This document shows positions 1 through 10,807 of a stretch of DNA of 64,000 nt, one piece after another. Source of the DNA: Mobula hypostoma. Lineage: Eukaryota. The first letter of the stretch is position 1. Every line of letters starts with the position of its first letter. The notes beneath the pieces were generated by a model. That model did no database searches. It was given only the letters and a program-made list of their open reading frames with translations, and was not told the DNA's origin. A program made the translations under genes and the position numbers. The DNA is taken from the NCBI RefSeq assembly GCF_963921235.1, contig NC_086108.1:31684001-31748000 (forward strand), in the 5' to 3' direction.

Positions 1-1655
1 GTTGAGATGGATGGATAGGACAAAGGGAATGTCTCCGTTAGGGAGCCGCCAGGGTTGTTGCAGACATAAATTCTAGACAGGATACCCAGCTGAGTACTAG
101 AGACCTGTGTGATCAACTAGCTGGAGGGTTCATCAATATCTGTAACCTCTCACTTTAGCAGTCTGAGGTTCCTGTCTGCATCAAGCAGGCTTCAATTCTA
201 CCAGTGACAAAGAAGACCATGGTAACCTGCCTCAATAATTATCATCCAGTAGCACTTACACCCACTGTAATGAATTGCTTTGAGATGTTGGTGATGAAAC
301 ATGTCAACTCCTGTCTGAAAAGCAGCCAGGATCCACTCCAATTTGCCTACCATCACAGGTCAACAGGTCAGCAGCAGATGCAATTTCATTGGCTCTTCAC
401 TCAATCCTTGAACATCTGGACAGCAAAGATGTATATATCAGGATGCACTTCATTGACTACAGCTTGGCTTTCAATGCTATCATCCCCTCAAAACTAATCA
501 ATATGATTCATGTCTTAGGCTTCAATACCTCCTTGTGCAACTTGATCCTCAGTTGCAGACCCCAATCAACTGGGATTGGTGACAACATCTAGTACACAAT
601 CTCCCTCAGCTCAGACGCACCAGAAGGCTGTGTGCTTAGCCCCCCCGCCCCCGCTCTACTCACTTTATAATTATTACTCTGAGGCTAAGCACAGCTCCAA
701 TGCCATATATAAGTTTGCGATGACATCGCTGTCATTGGCTGTATCTACGGTGGTGACAATTTAGAATATAGGAGCGAGATTGAAAATTTGGCTGAGTGGT
801 GCCACAGCAACAGCCTCTCACTCAATATCATCAAAGCTAAAGAGCTGATTATTGACTTCGGGAAGAGGAAACCAGAGGTCCATTTACCAGTCCTCACAGG
901 GTGATCAGAGGTGGAAAAGATCAGCAACTTTAAATTCCTCAGTGTTTTCATCCCAGATGATCTATCCTGGGTCCAGCATGAAAGTGCTGTTATGAAGAAA
1001 GTACAGCAGTACCTCTACATTATTAGAAGTTGTGAAGATTTGACATGTCATTTAAAACTTGGACAAACTTCTGTAGATATGTGTTGGAGAGTATATTGAC
1101 TGGTTGTTCCATGGCCTGGTATGGAAACACCAAAGCCCTTGTATAGAAAAGCCTACAAATGGTAATGGATACGGTCCAGTCCTTCATCGGCACATTGAGC
1201 ACATCTACATGAAGTGTAGTCACAGGAAAGAGCATCCATCATCAAGGACCTCTACCACCTAGGCCATGCTCTCTTCTCACTGCTGCCATCAGGAAGAAGG
1301 TACGGAAGACCCAGGACTCGTACCACCAGGTTCAGGAACAGTTATTACCCATCAACCATCAGGTTCTTGAACCAGACGGGACAACTTCACTCACCTCATC
1401 ACTGAACTGGACTCACTTTCAGGAACTCCATGTTCTCGATATTTATTGTTTATTTATTTATTATTATTATCATTTCCTTTTTTTCTCATTCTTTTGGTAT
1501 TCACACGGTTTGTTGTCTTTTGCACATTGGCTGTTGTCCTTCCTGTCAGGGGTGGTCTTTCACTGATTCTATTGCGTTTCTTGCACTTACTGTGGTTGCC
1601 TGCAAGAAAGTGAATCTCAAGTTATATATGGCGACATACAAGTACTTGGATAATA
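1..1655 (+). mobile_element. Rex1/Babar-type LINE, decayed RT region plus 3' UTR
   Basis: Frameshifted ORFs 204-497 (CLNNYHPVALTP..DPLQFAY), 389-592 (RMHFIDYSLAFNAIIP) and 911-1099 (FKFLSVFI.DDLSW) are non-LTR RT segments. The 3' end resembles the copies at 33090-33595 and 36690-37485. Confidence 0.8.
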
Positions 1656-2339
1656 ATTATACTTACTGGCTTAAATTGTTAGTGGGGCAGTTCTAGAGTG
1701 ACAGAGAAATGGTTGTGCTGCAAATAGTGGGGAATGGTGTGCTAAATGTAGAGGGGAAAGAAACAAGATTAAAAACTGAGCCAATAACACAGAAAGATAA
1801 CTTACTGTTCATCAAAGCAGAGAATGTGAGTTGTCAGTAGTTAGATCTCAAGGCTGCAATCCCTCAGCTTGTAGGTTAGCTGCCCAGATGGAAAGTAAAC
1901 TTATGGTTTGAATCCATTACATTATTAGTGTTTCTGGGTGGAGTGGGCTGGATTTACTATAAATAAAAAGATTTAATCTAGTTGTTGATTAAAACATCAG
2001 AATATATGAATCATTTCTCTCCTTGGATCTCAAGAAAGCAAAATAACTTGCAATTATACAGTGCCTTTCATGATCTAAGGACTTCATAAAGCCCTCTGCA
2101 GGGGAATGAATACTTTGAACGTGGCTATGGCAGTGATGACAAACGTGATGGAAAAGTACCATTTAACAGTACCTGTTAAAATGGGAGCCAAGATGCACTG
2201 GAAAATTGATTCAATTTGTGGAAACTTTCCTGTGGTGCAGTGGGAGAGTCATATTTATATTTAACCATCAGTTTCTGGTGCTTAAATATAAAACCAAAAA
2301 GTTTCAGGGTGGGAAATAAGTTCACTTTAGATGTAAAAT

Positions 2340-2516
2340 ATGTAGGCACAGGTGTGTGCATGTATGCATGCTTTTGTGAATGTGTGCATCTCTGCATGCA
2401 CATGCATGTCTGCATATCTGTCTGCACATGTTTGTGTGTGTTTGTGTAGGTGTATCTCTGTGGATGCATGTCTGTGTGTGTCTTTGTGTGTATCTTGTGA
2501 GATTCTGTGTGTGAGA

Positions 2517-2565
<49 letters not shown>
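2340..2565. repeat. TG-rich low-complexity tract ending in a pure (TG)n microsatellite
   Basis: Direct reading; pure (GT)n at about 2519-2565. It explains the THTHTH/CVCVCV ORFs. Confidence 0.95.
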
Positions 2566-2566
<1 letters not shown>

Positions 2567-2573
2567 TCGCATG

Positions 2574-2993
2574 TGTAGTACCCCTGAAAAAGTATATGGT
2601 GGATGAAACATACTGTATATATGCTGTACTGTTCATCCATCAGTAACTTTGGTGATGAGTACAATACGTACTCCCCCCTCCCCACCTCCCCACCTCCCCC
2701 CGCCGAAAATACAACATTCTGGCAGGCATGAGCGAGCAATCAATCACGTGCTGGAGATTGAATACAAGCCCTTACAAGTCAATAGCAGATTCAGTGCTCA
2801 ATAATATAAGAGAACATCTTGCGCACAGATTTTCAGAATTTTCAACTAAACACATCTGCATGTTTTAATAATAATATCCTTTTTTTCTCAATTTGGAATG
2901 ATACTCACATTAAATAAATAATTTTAACTCTTTTTAAAATTATTTGATCAATTATTTATAATTAAATTGAACAGATTTCAACCTTGTCACACA
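2574..2993 (-). repeat. 3' LTR of Gypsy A
   Basis: Similar along its length to 14600-14978, with TG...CA termini; adjacent to the polypurine tract. Confidence 0.85.
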
Positions 2994-3699
2994 CTCCTCC
3001 TCCCGCCATCTCCTCCCAGTGTTAGGCTTGCAATGACTACTTTCCTTGTGTGAAACATTCCTTTAGTTTCTAGTAGTCACATGGTAGTTGACATAGGAAC
3101 TGAGGCAAAGTAGCCATTAAGTCATTCACGATACACAATTATCAGGCAAGGCCTGAACTGATGTGGCCTGCACAGTCTACAGTCTGTATGTTGTGGCATT
3201 TGGGAGCCCCAACCCTAGCGTAAGCAAAGTGTTTTGGTGGCTGTCGTTCTCTCTGAGGAAACTTTGAGCTCCCTTGTCTTTGCTCCACCTGGATGTCTGG
3301 CTCATCGTTCACAAGAGTAAATACAGGAACTGGTATTGATTCACATCAGGAAAATCACTTGGGTCACTTGATTCGGATGAGGGTATAGGGACTGGTAGTG
3401 ATTCACAATCGGGCAAGTCAAGTAGGCTACTTGATACAGATGAAGATACAGGGACTGGGACTGGTCCACATGCAGGAAAGTTCATCAGCTGTTCCTTCTC
3501 TGGCATTTGTTGTTGGAAGTATTGTGAATCTTCAGCCCTCATTTGCTGCTCAGCAGGTTGTATAGGCTCTACTCCAAAACCATTGCAGTCCTTGCTGCTG
3601 TGAGGTTGGAGACATTCAGCTTGGTAGTAATATTCATCCTCACTGTCGCTGTCTGGCTCACTCTCTTCCCTCCCTTCAGGTGGACGAGCCCTGGTGCTG

Positions 3700-4330
3700 C
3701 ATTTGGCAGACACCCTTGCTTTGTTGCGGTTTCCATTTGTGGTTTAACATCCAAAGGCAGGTGTTCACAAGGCATGAAGAAGCTGGCAATGTAGTACCCT
3801 GGATCTTCCTTTGCCTTGTTCAGGTTTTACTTCATAGATTGGTACATCCTCCCCAATTTTTTGTGCAACAATATGAATGCAGTCTTCCCAATAGTTTTGA
3901 AGCTTCTGTGGGAGTCAGATTCTTTACTAGGGTACGATCCCCCTGGTTGTAATGCTATAAATCTTACTCTGCTCTCATAATTTCTCTAGTTCTCCCCGAG
4001 ACCTTCTGCATGTACTCCTTGGCAATCTTAGGGTCTTCTTGCATGCCTCTTTTCCATCTTTCCAAGTATTTGCTGTGGGTTGCAGGACTTGTGTCAGTGT
4101 TCAGGCCAAAGAATATATCTATGGGCAACCTCAGCAATCTACCAAAGAGAAGGTAGAACGGAGAAAATCCTGTTACTTCCGACCTTGTACTGTTGTAAGC
4201 ATAGACCATTTTATTCAATGACTCTTTCCGATGTTCTTTTGTCTTTCTGTTAGTGTTTTCAACATTTGCAGAAGGGTCCAGATGAAACTCTCAACTTGTC
4301 CATTTCCCTGTGGGTGGTACGGTGTAGTTC
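3700..4330 (-). pseudogene. pol: Gypsy A integrase C-terminal part
   Basis: RTTPYHPQGNGQVESF motif at about 4285-4332; ORF 3964-4218 (MVYAYNST..TGFSPFYLLFGRLLRLPID). Confidence 0.8.
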
Positions 4331-4477
4331 CTGTCCATTTCCCTTTGGCAGTACGTGTAGATATTGTTAATTTCCCTGGGGATGGTACAGTGTTACTCTT
4401 ATCTATTTCCCTGGGAGTGGTGCAGTGTAGTTCTTGTCCATTTCCCTGGAAGTGGTAGAGTGTAGTTCTTGTCCATT
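4295..4477. repeat. 35-bp tandem repeat, left part (about 5 copies plus a partial one)
   Basis: Unit CTTGTCCATTTCCCTGTGGGTGGTACGGTGTAGTT; the array continues at 9541-9620 beyond the nested element. Confidence 0.85.
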
Positions 4478-4857
4478 TGTCATGGTCCCACCTGGCAATT
4501 CCCCATCTGCTATTACCTCCTTAATTGGGCCTTAATTCCCTCATCTGATTTCCAATCATTCCCAGTTCCACTGATTACAGCACACCTGGTTCCCATTAGC
4601 GAACATAGGATAAAACTCGGGCAACTTTGCCAGTTTGTTGGTTGACTTTAGTGTGAGTAAACCTTGTTTCCTGATTCCTTAGGACTATCAGTTCTAAGCT
4701 CTGCATCATTTCCTGGATACTCTATGTAAACCTTGTCTCTGTGTAAAGACACTCCTGGATACCAGTTCCCCGTTCGCGGCGGTGCTAATGCCTCACGACT
4801 CTGCCTCTGCGCCTGTGTCCTGCACTTGGGTTTGTCCTCAGCCTCGTCCTTGCAACA
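4478..4857 (+). repeat. 5' LTR of Gypsy B
   Basis: TG...CA termini; matches the sequence from 9222 onward. Confidence 0.9.
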
Positions 4858-4874
4858 AAACGAACTGGCCAATA

Positions 4875-5890
4875 ATGAACCCAGTGGACACAGACCCCGT
4901 GAAACAGGCCCTTGTCAGCCAGGGCTACCTACTGAGTGCCCGCGACCAACTGCTCAGAGAGGTCACGGAAAACCTTCGTGCGCTGTCCATGAATGTAAGG
5001 AAGGTCCATGAGCAGGTTGACCGGGTATCTGCTTCCCTTACTCCATCCCTTCCAAGAACCCCCACTGACCAAACCGCACAGCCTGGGATAGCTACGCCCC
5101 TTGGGTCGGCAACACAATCCCCTTGAGAGCCAGACGTACCTGAACAGGAACCCTAGACTAGGGACCTAGGGAAGTGCCAGGCCTTATTACAATGCTCTTT
5201 GGTTTTTGAGCAACAGCCACGTATGTACAGATCAAAGATTGCATACATCATGGGGCTGTTACAAGGGATGTCTTGGCATGGGCCACCGCAATCTGGAACA
5301 ACCGACTAGAGGTCTGTTCCTCCTTCCCCTCCTTCGTCTCTGAAATGAGGAAGGTCTTTGAACAGCCCATTCACAGTAAGGACGCCGCTAAGTACTTGTT
5401 AACTCTCTGTTAGGGTTTGCAAAGCGTAACAAAATACTCCGTCGAGTTCCGAACATTAGCGGCCGACTCTGGGTGGAATGATAAGGCACTACGGGAAGTG
5501 TTCCGACAGGGTCTCTCAGATAAAATAAAAGATGAACTGACAGCGAGGGATGATACGGACAGCCTGGACTCTCTGATCTCTCTAGCCGCCAGGCTAGATA
5601 ATCACTTCAAGAGCATCTGAGAGAAAAGACCAGACACTCCGCTCCGCGGGTCAGCCCACACCCCACCTTACCATCTTCAGCCAGCCTCCCTTCCCCGGCC
5701 GCTCCAAGTATATCTCCTGCTCCGACCGTCCCCACTACCCTGGGGAGGAACCGATGCAGCTGGTACGGAACCGTCTCTCCCCTGCTGAACGACTTCAGAG
5801 GCAGAGAGCTGGGGATTGTTACTATTGCGGCCAGCCGGGACATTTCCGGGATACCTGTCCTCTGCGGCCAAAAGGAAGAGCTCACCAGTA
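4875..5890 (+). pseudogene. gag: Gypsy B gag pseudogene
   Basis: MNPVDTDPVKQAL..., [33 protein letters not shown] (retrotransposon gag-like) and a CCHC knuckle; disrupted by stops and frameshifts. Confidence 0.85.
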
Positions 5891-5899
5891 GAAAGGAGG

Positions 5900-8800
5900 A
5901 CCCTGGTGAGCCAGACGACACTCCCTTCAGTCCCTAGACCCGGGTGCAGATCCCAGCTACCGTGAATTATCGACAACAGTCCCTGTCCCTGTGTGCCTTG
6001 GTGGATTCCAGTGCCGAGGGAAATCTGCTGGACGAGGACATAGCCTCCCAGGCCAGAATACCTCAGGAGCCATTAAATACCCCTCTGGAGGCCCGAGCAC
6101 TGGACAGAAAACTGCTGGCTCGGGTTACCAATGTACGCCACCCCTGACCTTGATTCTGTCCGGAAATCATCAAGAGGAGGTACGATTTAATCTCATCCAT
6201 GCTCCTCAAGCCCCTGTAGTTCTAGAATATCCCTGGCTGAACCACCACTACCCCCTACATTGACTGGTCTACCGGGAGGATAGCAAGCTGGAGCCCATTT
6301 TGCCACGCCACCTGTCTGCGGTTGGCTCCATCCCCTAGGGAGGCTACCGCGACCCCACCTGTCTTGGAACCCCTCAGCTTGTCCGGAGTCCCCGCAGAAT
6401 ACCATGACCTTGGACATGTATTCAGCAAACAACGGGCTCTTTCCCTGCCTCTGCACCGTCCGTATGATTGCACTATCAACCTTCTCCGCGGGGCCTCGTT
6501 ACCCACCAGTCGTCTTTATAACTTGTCCCAACTGGAGAGAGAGGCCATGGAGAACTACATTAGTGGAGTCCCTCGCGGCGGGAATTATTCGACCCTCATC
6601 CTCCCCAGTTTGCACCGGTTTCTTCTTTGTAGAGAAGAAGGATAGGTCACTTCGTCCCTGTATTGATTACCGTGGCCTAAACAATATAACAGTTAAAAAT
6701 AAGTACCTACTGCCCTTCATTAACTTGGCATTTGAACTACTTCACAGAGCCACCATCTTCTCCAAGTTGGACCTTCGTAGCGCCTACTATCTAGTCAGGA
6801 TGAGGGAGGGAGACGAGTGGAAGGCAGCCTTTAATACACCATTGGCCCACTTCGAATACTTGATCATGCCGTTTGGCCTCACCAATGCCCCCGCCATTTT
6901 TCAAGCCCTAATCAATGATGTACTGAGGGACTTTATTAACTGCTTCCTGTTCGTCTACGTAGATGATATCTTAGTATTTTCTATCAGCCCCCAGAAACAC
7001 ATTCACCATGTCCGTCTGGTCCTCCAGAGACTGTGGGGAAAACCAGTTATTTGTGAAGGCGGAGAAATGTGAGTTCCACGTCCCTTCGGTCAGCTTCCCG
7101 GGCTAAGTCATCGAGAGCGGGCAGGTGAGGGCAGGTCCCGAGAAGATCCGGGTGGTGGAAGAATGGCCCAGACCCACGACCCGCAAGCAACTTCAGCGGT
7201 TTTTGGGTTTTGCAAACTTTTATCGATAACTTATCAGGGATTACAGTCGGGTGGTGGTGCCCCTTACCCAATTTACCTCGCCTACCACACCTTTTTGTTG
7301 GGACTCCAAGGCTGATTCAGAATTCACTGACCTGAAGAGGCGGTTCACAACCACTCCCATCCTGGTCCAACCAGACCCCTCTCGTCAATTCACTGTTGAG
7401 GTTGACGCCTCCGACTCTGGGGTAGGAGCAGTCCTGTCCCAACGATCAAGTCTGGATGAAAAGCTTCATCCCTGTGCCTTCTTTTCTTGCTGACTGTCCC
7501 CCGCCGAGCGGAATTATGACGTAGGGAATTGGGAACTACTGGTGGCCAAGCTAGCATTGGAGGAGTGAAGACACTGGCTGGAGGGGCTGAACACCTGTTT
7601 ATTGTGTGGACTGATCATAAGAACATAGGATATATTCAGAACGCCAAATGTTTGAACTCCTGCCAGGCCCGTTGGACATTATTTTTTGGACGGTTCAAGT
7701 TTTCCCTCACATACCGCCCAGGATCCAAGAATGGGAAGCCGGACACGCTCTCCTGCCAATACAACTCCAAGGAGGACACTTCCAGCCCAGAGACGATCCT
7801 CCCACCATCCTGTGTGGTGGCAACCCTCACTTGGGAGATTGAGTCCGTAGTAAAGGAAGCCCAACGGGATGACCCTGACCCCGGCAATGGTCCTGCCGAT
7901 CGCCTTTTTGTGCCTGATCCCGTCAGGTCTCAGGTTCTCCGGTGGGACCACACATCTCGATTTGCCTGCCACCCTGGGAGTGATCGGACCCTGGCTCTCC
8001 TGAAAAGACACTTTTGGTGTCTTTCCATGGAGGTGGTACCCGTTCATATGTCTCTGCAGTTTCCGTCTGTGACCATGGAAAAGCCTCCCATCGGCCACCT
8101 GTGGGATTACTTCATCCCCTACCTGTCCCTGGTCATCCATGGTTGCATATCGCCCTAGATTTCATCACCGGTCTACCCCCTTCACTCAGAAACACCACCG
8201 TACTAACCGTGGTAGATCGGTTCTCCAAGATGGTGCATTTTGTAGCCCTCCCAAAACTCCCTTCTGCTCAGGAAACCGCAGACCTGCTCGTCCGCCGCGT
8301 CTTCTGCCTCCACGGAATCCCCACAGACATTGCCTCCGATCGACGTCCCCAACTCATCGCGCAGGTGTGGAAGGCCTTCTGTCAAGCCTTGCGTGCCTCA
8401 GTCAGCCTGTCATCCGGCTTCCACCCACAGACAAATGGGCAAACAGAACGGGTCAACCAGGACTTGGAGGCGACACTACATTGTATTACAACCAACAACT
8501 CGTCTACCTGGAGCGACCACTTTGCATGGGTTGAGTATGCCCACAACGCTCTGGTTAGTACGGCCATGGGAAGGTTTCCCTTCCAGTGCTCCCTTGGGTA
8601 CCAAGCCCCGTTGTTCCCTGCGCAAGAAGAGGAGATTGCGGTGCCGTCTGTTCAGGCCCATATCGATCGGTGCCACAAGGTTTGGGAGGACACACGCAAG
8701 GCTCTGCTCAGATCAACCGATCGCAATAGGAGGATTACCGATCGACACCGGGCTCCTGCGCCTGAGTATCGACCTGGGCAGATGGTGCGGCTTTCATCCA

Positions 8801-9159
8801 AAGACTTCCCTCTCAAAAACGAGCCTAAGAAACTCGCCCCTCGCTTCCTGGGAACTTTCAAGGTCAAAAGTACCATCAACCCCACAGCAGTCCGACTTAA
8901 ACTACCAAGACCTATGCATATCCACCCTACTTTTCATGTTTCCCAATTAAAACCACTTTCCATCAGCCCCTTGTGTCCTCCGACCGAAAACCCTCCACTC
9001 GCCCGGATCGACAACCATCCGGCATACACTGTCCGGCAGCTACTAGGTGTGCGCCATCGGGGCAGGGGCCTCCAATACCTTGTCGACTGGGAAGTGTACG
9101 GCCCAGAGGAGCTTTCCTGGGTTCCCTGCTCCTTTATCCTGGATCTCTCCCTCATCTGA
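5900..9159 (+). pseudogene. pol: Gypsy B pol pseudogene (PR-RT-RH-IN-chromodomain)
   Basis: ORFs 5944-6147, 6404-7072, 7251-7493, 7529-8158 and 8014-9159. The chromodomain-like segment is [34 protein letters not shown]. Confidence 0.92.
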
Positions 9160-9221
9160 GACTTCCATCGGGACCATCCGGAGGATCGCATCAAGTCTCC
9201 CGTTTGGTGGGGGGGGAGTAT

Positions 9222-9540
9222 TGTCATGGTCCCAGCGGGTAATTCTCCATCTTGCTATTACCTCCTTAATTGGGCCTTAATCCCCTCATCTGATTTCCAA
9301 TCATTCCCAGTTCCACTAATTACAGCACACCTGGTTCCCATTAGCGAACATAGGATAAAACTTGGGCGACACAGCCATACTTTGCCAGTTCATGTGAGTA
9401 AACCTTGTTTCCTGATTCCTTGGGACTGTCGGTTCTAAGCTCTGCATCATTTCCTGGATACTCCACGTAAACCTTGTCTCCGTGTGAAGACGCTCCTGTA
9501 TACCGGTTCCCCGTACACGGCAATGCTAACGCCTCAATTC
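9222..9540 (+). repeat. 3' LTR of Gypsy B, missing its last about 55 bp
   Basis: Aligns with the 5' LTR up to GCTAAYGCCTCA, then switches to the 35-bp repeat of element A. Confidence 0.85.
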
Positions 9541-9871
9541 TGTAGTTCTTGTCCATTTCCTCAGGGGTGGGACGGTGTAGCTCTTGTCCATTTCCCTGGG
9601 GCAGGTACGGAGTAGTTCTTGATCCAGCCTTGCTGCCATGTTTTCTCAGTTGCATGAAGGGTTGGTTCTCACATTCGGCCCCTTTGTCATGGTATATTCA
9701 TGATGGGGACTCAAACTTCAGTCATTGAAAAGGTGGTCAGCATCAGTTTTTCCTGACTTTGAGGTTGTGGCGTATACCTGTGCAAATCATGTAGAATGGT
9801 CAGTAATCCCCAGAATACTCGTATCCACCCTTGCACTTGTCCAGGTGAGGAAAGTCAACTGACACAAGTTC
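9541..9871 (-). pseudogene. pol: Gypsy A integrase core fragment
   Basis: Minus strand reads (PFE)LVSVDFPHLDKCKGGYEY...IYHDKGAECEN...SRTTPY, between the two nested inserts. Confidence 0.8.
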
Positions 9872-10795
9872 TGCAGGGATCGCTCCCTACGAGACTCTCT
9901 TGTCCACTCGTTCCCTCCCCATCCCTCCCCACCGATCTCCCTCCTGGCACTTATCCTTGTAAGCGGAACAAGTGCTACACATGCCCTTACACTTCCTCCC
10001 TCACTACCATTCAGGGCCCCAGACAGTCCTTCCAGGTGAGGTGACACTTCACCTGTGAGTCGGCTGGGGTGATATACTGCATCCGGTGCTCCCGATGCGG
10101 CCTTCTATATATTGGCGAGACCCGACGCAGGCTGGGAGATCGTTTTGCTGAACGCCTACGCTCTGTCCACCAGAGAAAGCAGGATCTTCCAGTGGAGACA
10201 CATTTTAATTCCATGTCCCATTCCCATTCTGATATGTCTATCCACAACCTCCTCTACTGTCAAGATGAAGCCACACTCAGGTTGGAGGAACTGGGTAGCC
10301 TCCAACCTGATGGCATGAACATTGACTTCTCTAAATTCCATTAATGCCCCTCCTTACCCTCGTACCCCATCCATTATTTATTATATATATATACACACAC
10401 ACACACATATATTCTTTTTCTCTCTCTCCTTTTTCTGCCTCTGTCCCTCTCACTATAACTCCTTGCCCATCCTCTGGGTTTCCCCACTCCCCCTTTTCTT
10501 TCTCCTGGACCTCCTGTCCCATGATCCTCTCGTATCCCTTTTGCCAATCTCCTGTCCAGCTCTCGGCTCCATCCCTCCCCCTCCTGTCTTCTCCTATCAT
10601 TTTGGATCTCCCCCTCCCCCTCCCACTTTCAAATCTCTTACTAGCTCTTCCTTCAGTTAGTCCTGACGAAGGGTCTCGGCCTGAAACGTCGACTGCACCT
10701 CTTCCTAGAGATGCTGCCTGGCCTGCTGCATTCACCAGCAACCTTTATGTGTGTTGCTTGAAATTCCAGCATCTGCAGATTTCCTCGTGTTTCCG
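9872..10795 (+). mobile_element. Penelope-like element, 5'-truncated (GIY-YIG endonuclease plus 3' end)
   Basis: ORF 10069-10344 IYCIRCSRCGLLYIGETRRRLGDRF..HFN (GIY-YIG), preceded by PCKRNKCYTCPY. Flanked by the 12-bp direct repeat TGACACAAGTTC (9860-9871 and 10796-10807). Confidence 0.9.
10658..10695 (+). ncRNA. Minimal type I hammerhead ribozyme motif in the Penelope 3' end
   Basis: UAGUC-CUGACGA-A-GGGU(CUCG)GCCU-GAA-ACGU-C-GACUG: stem I UAGUC/GACUG, short stem II, palindromic ACGU stem III, predicted cleavage after C10690. Confidence 0.75.
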
Positions 10796-10807
10796 TGACA
10801 CAAGTTC

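Larger units (their letters stand above)
4478..9540 (+). mobile_element. Ty3/Gypsy LTR retrotransposon B, chromovirus (Sushi-like), nested in A
   Basis: LTRs 4478-4857 and 9222-about 9540 (TGTCATGGTCCCA...), PPT GGTGGGGGGGGAG at 9206-9218. Gag from ATG 4875 with CYYCGQPGHFRDTC knuckle at about 5817, protease LVDSSA, RT YVDD (ORF 6404-7072), RNase [13 protein letters not shown], integrase and a C-terminal chromodomain (ORF 8014-9159). Confidence 0.95.

Noticed and set aside
2176..2739. ORFs rich in HT or CV repeats
   Set aside because: Translations of the (TG)n microsatellite region.
5865..5895. Programmed -1 frameshift site between gag and pol of Gypsy B
   Set aside because: No canonical slippery heptamer is visible in this decayed copy.
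4875..9159. Domesticated PEG10/RTL1-like gene
   Set aside because: Retains both LTRs and has many stops and frameshifts; an ordinary decayed Sushi-like element.
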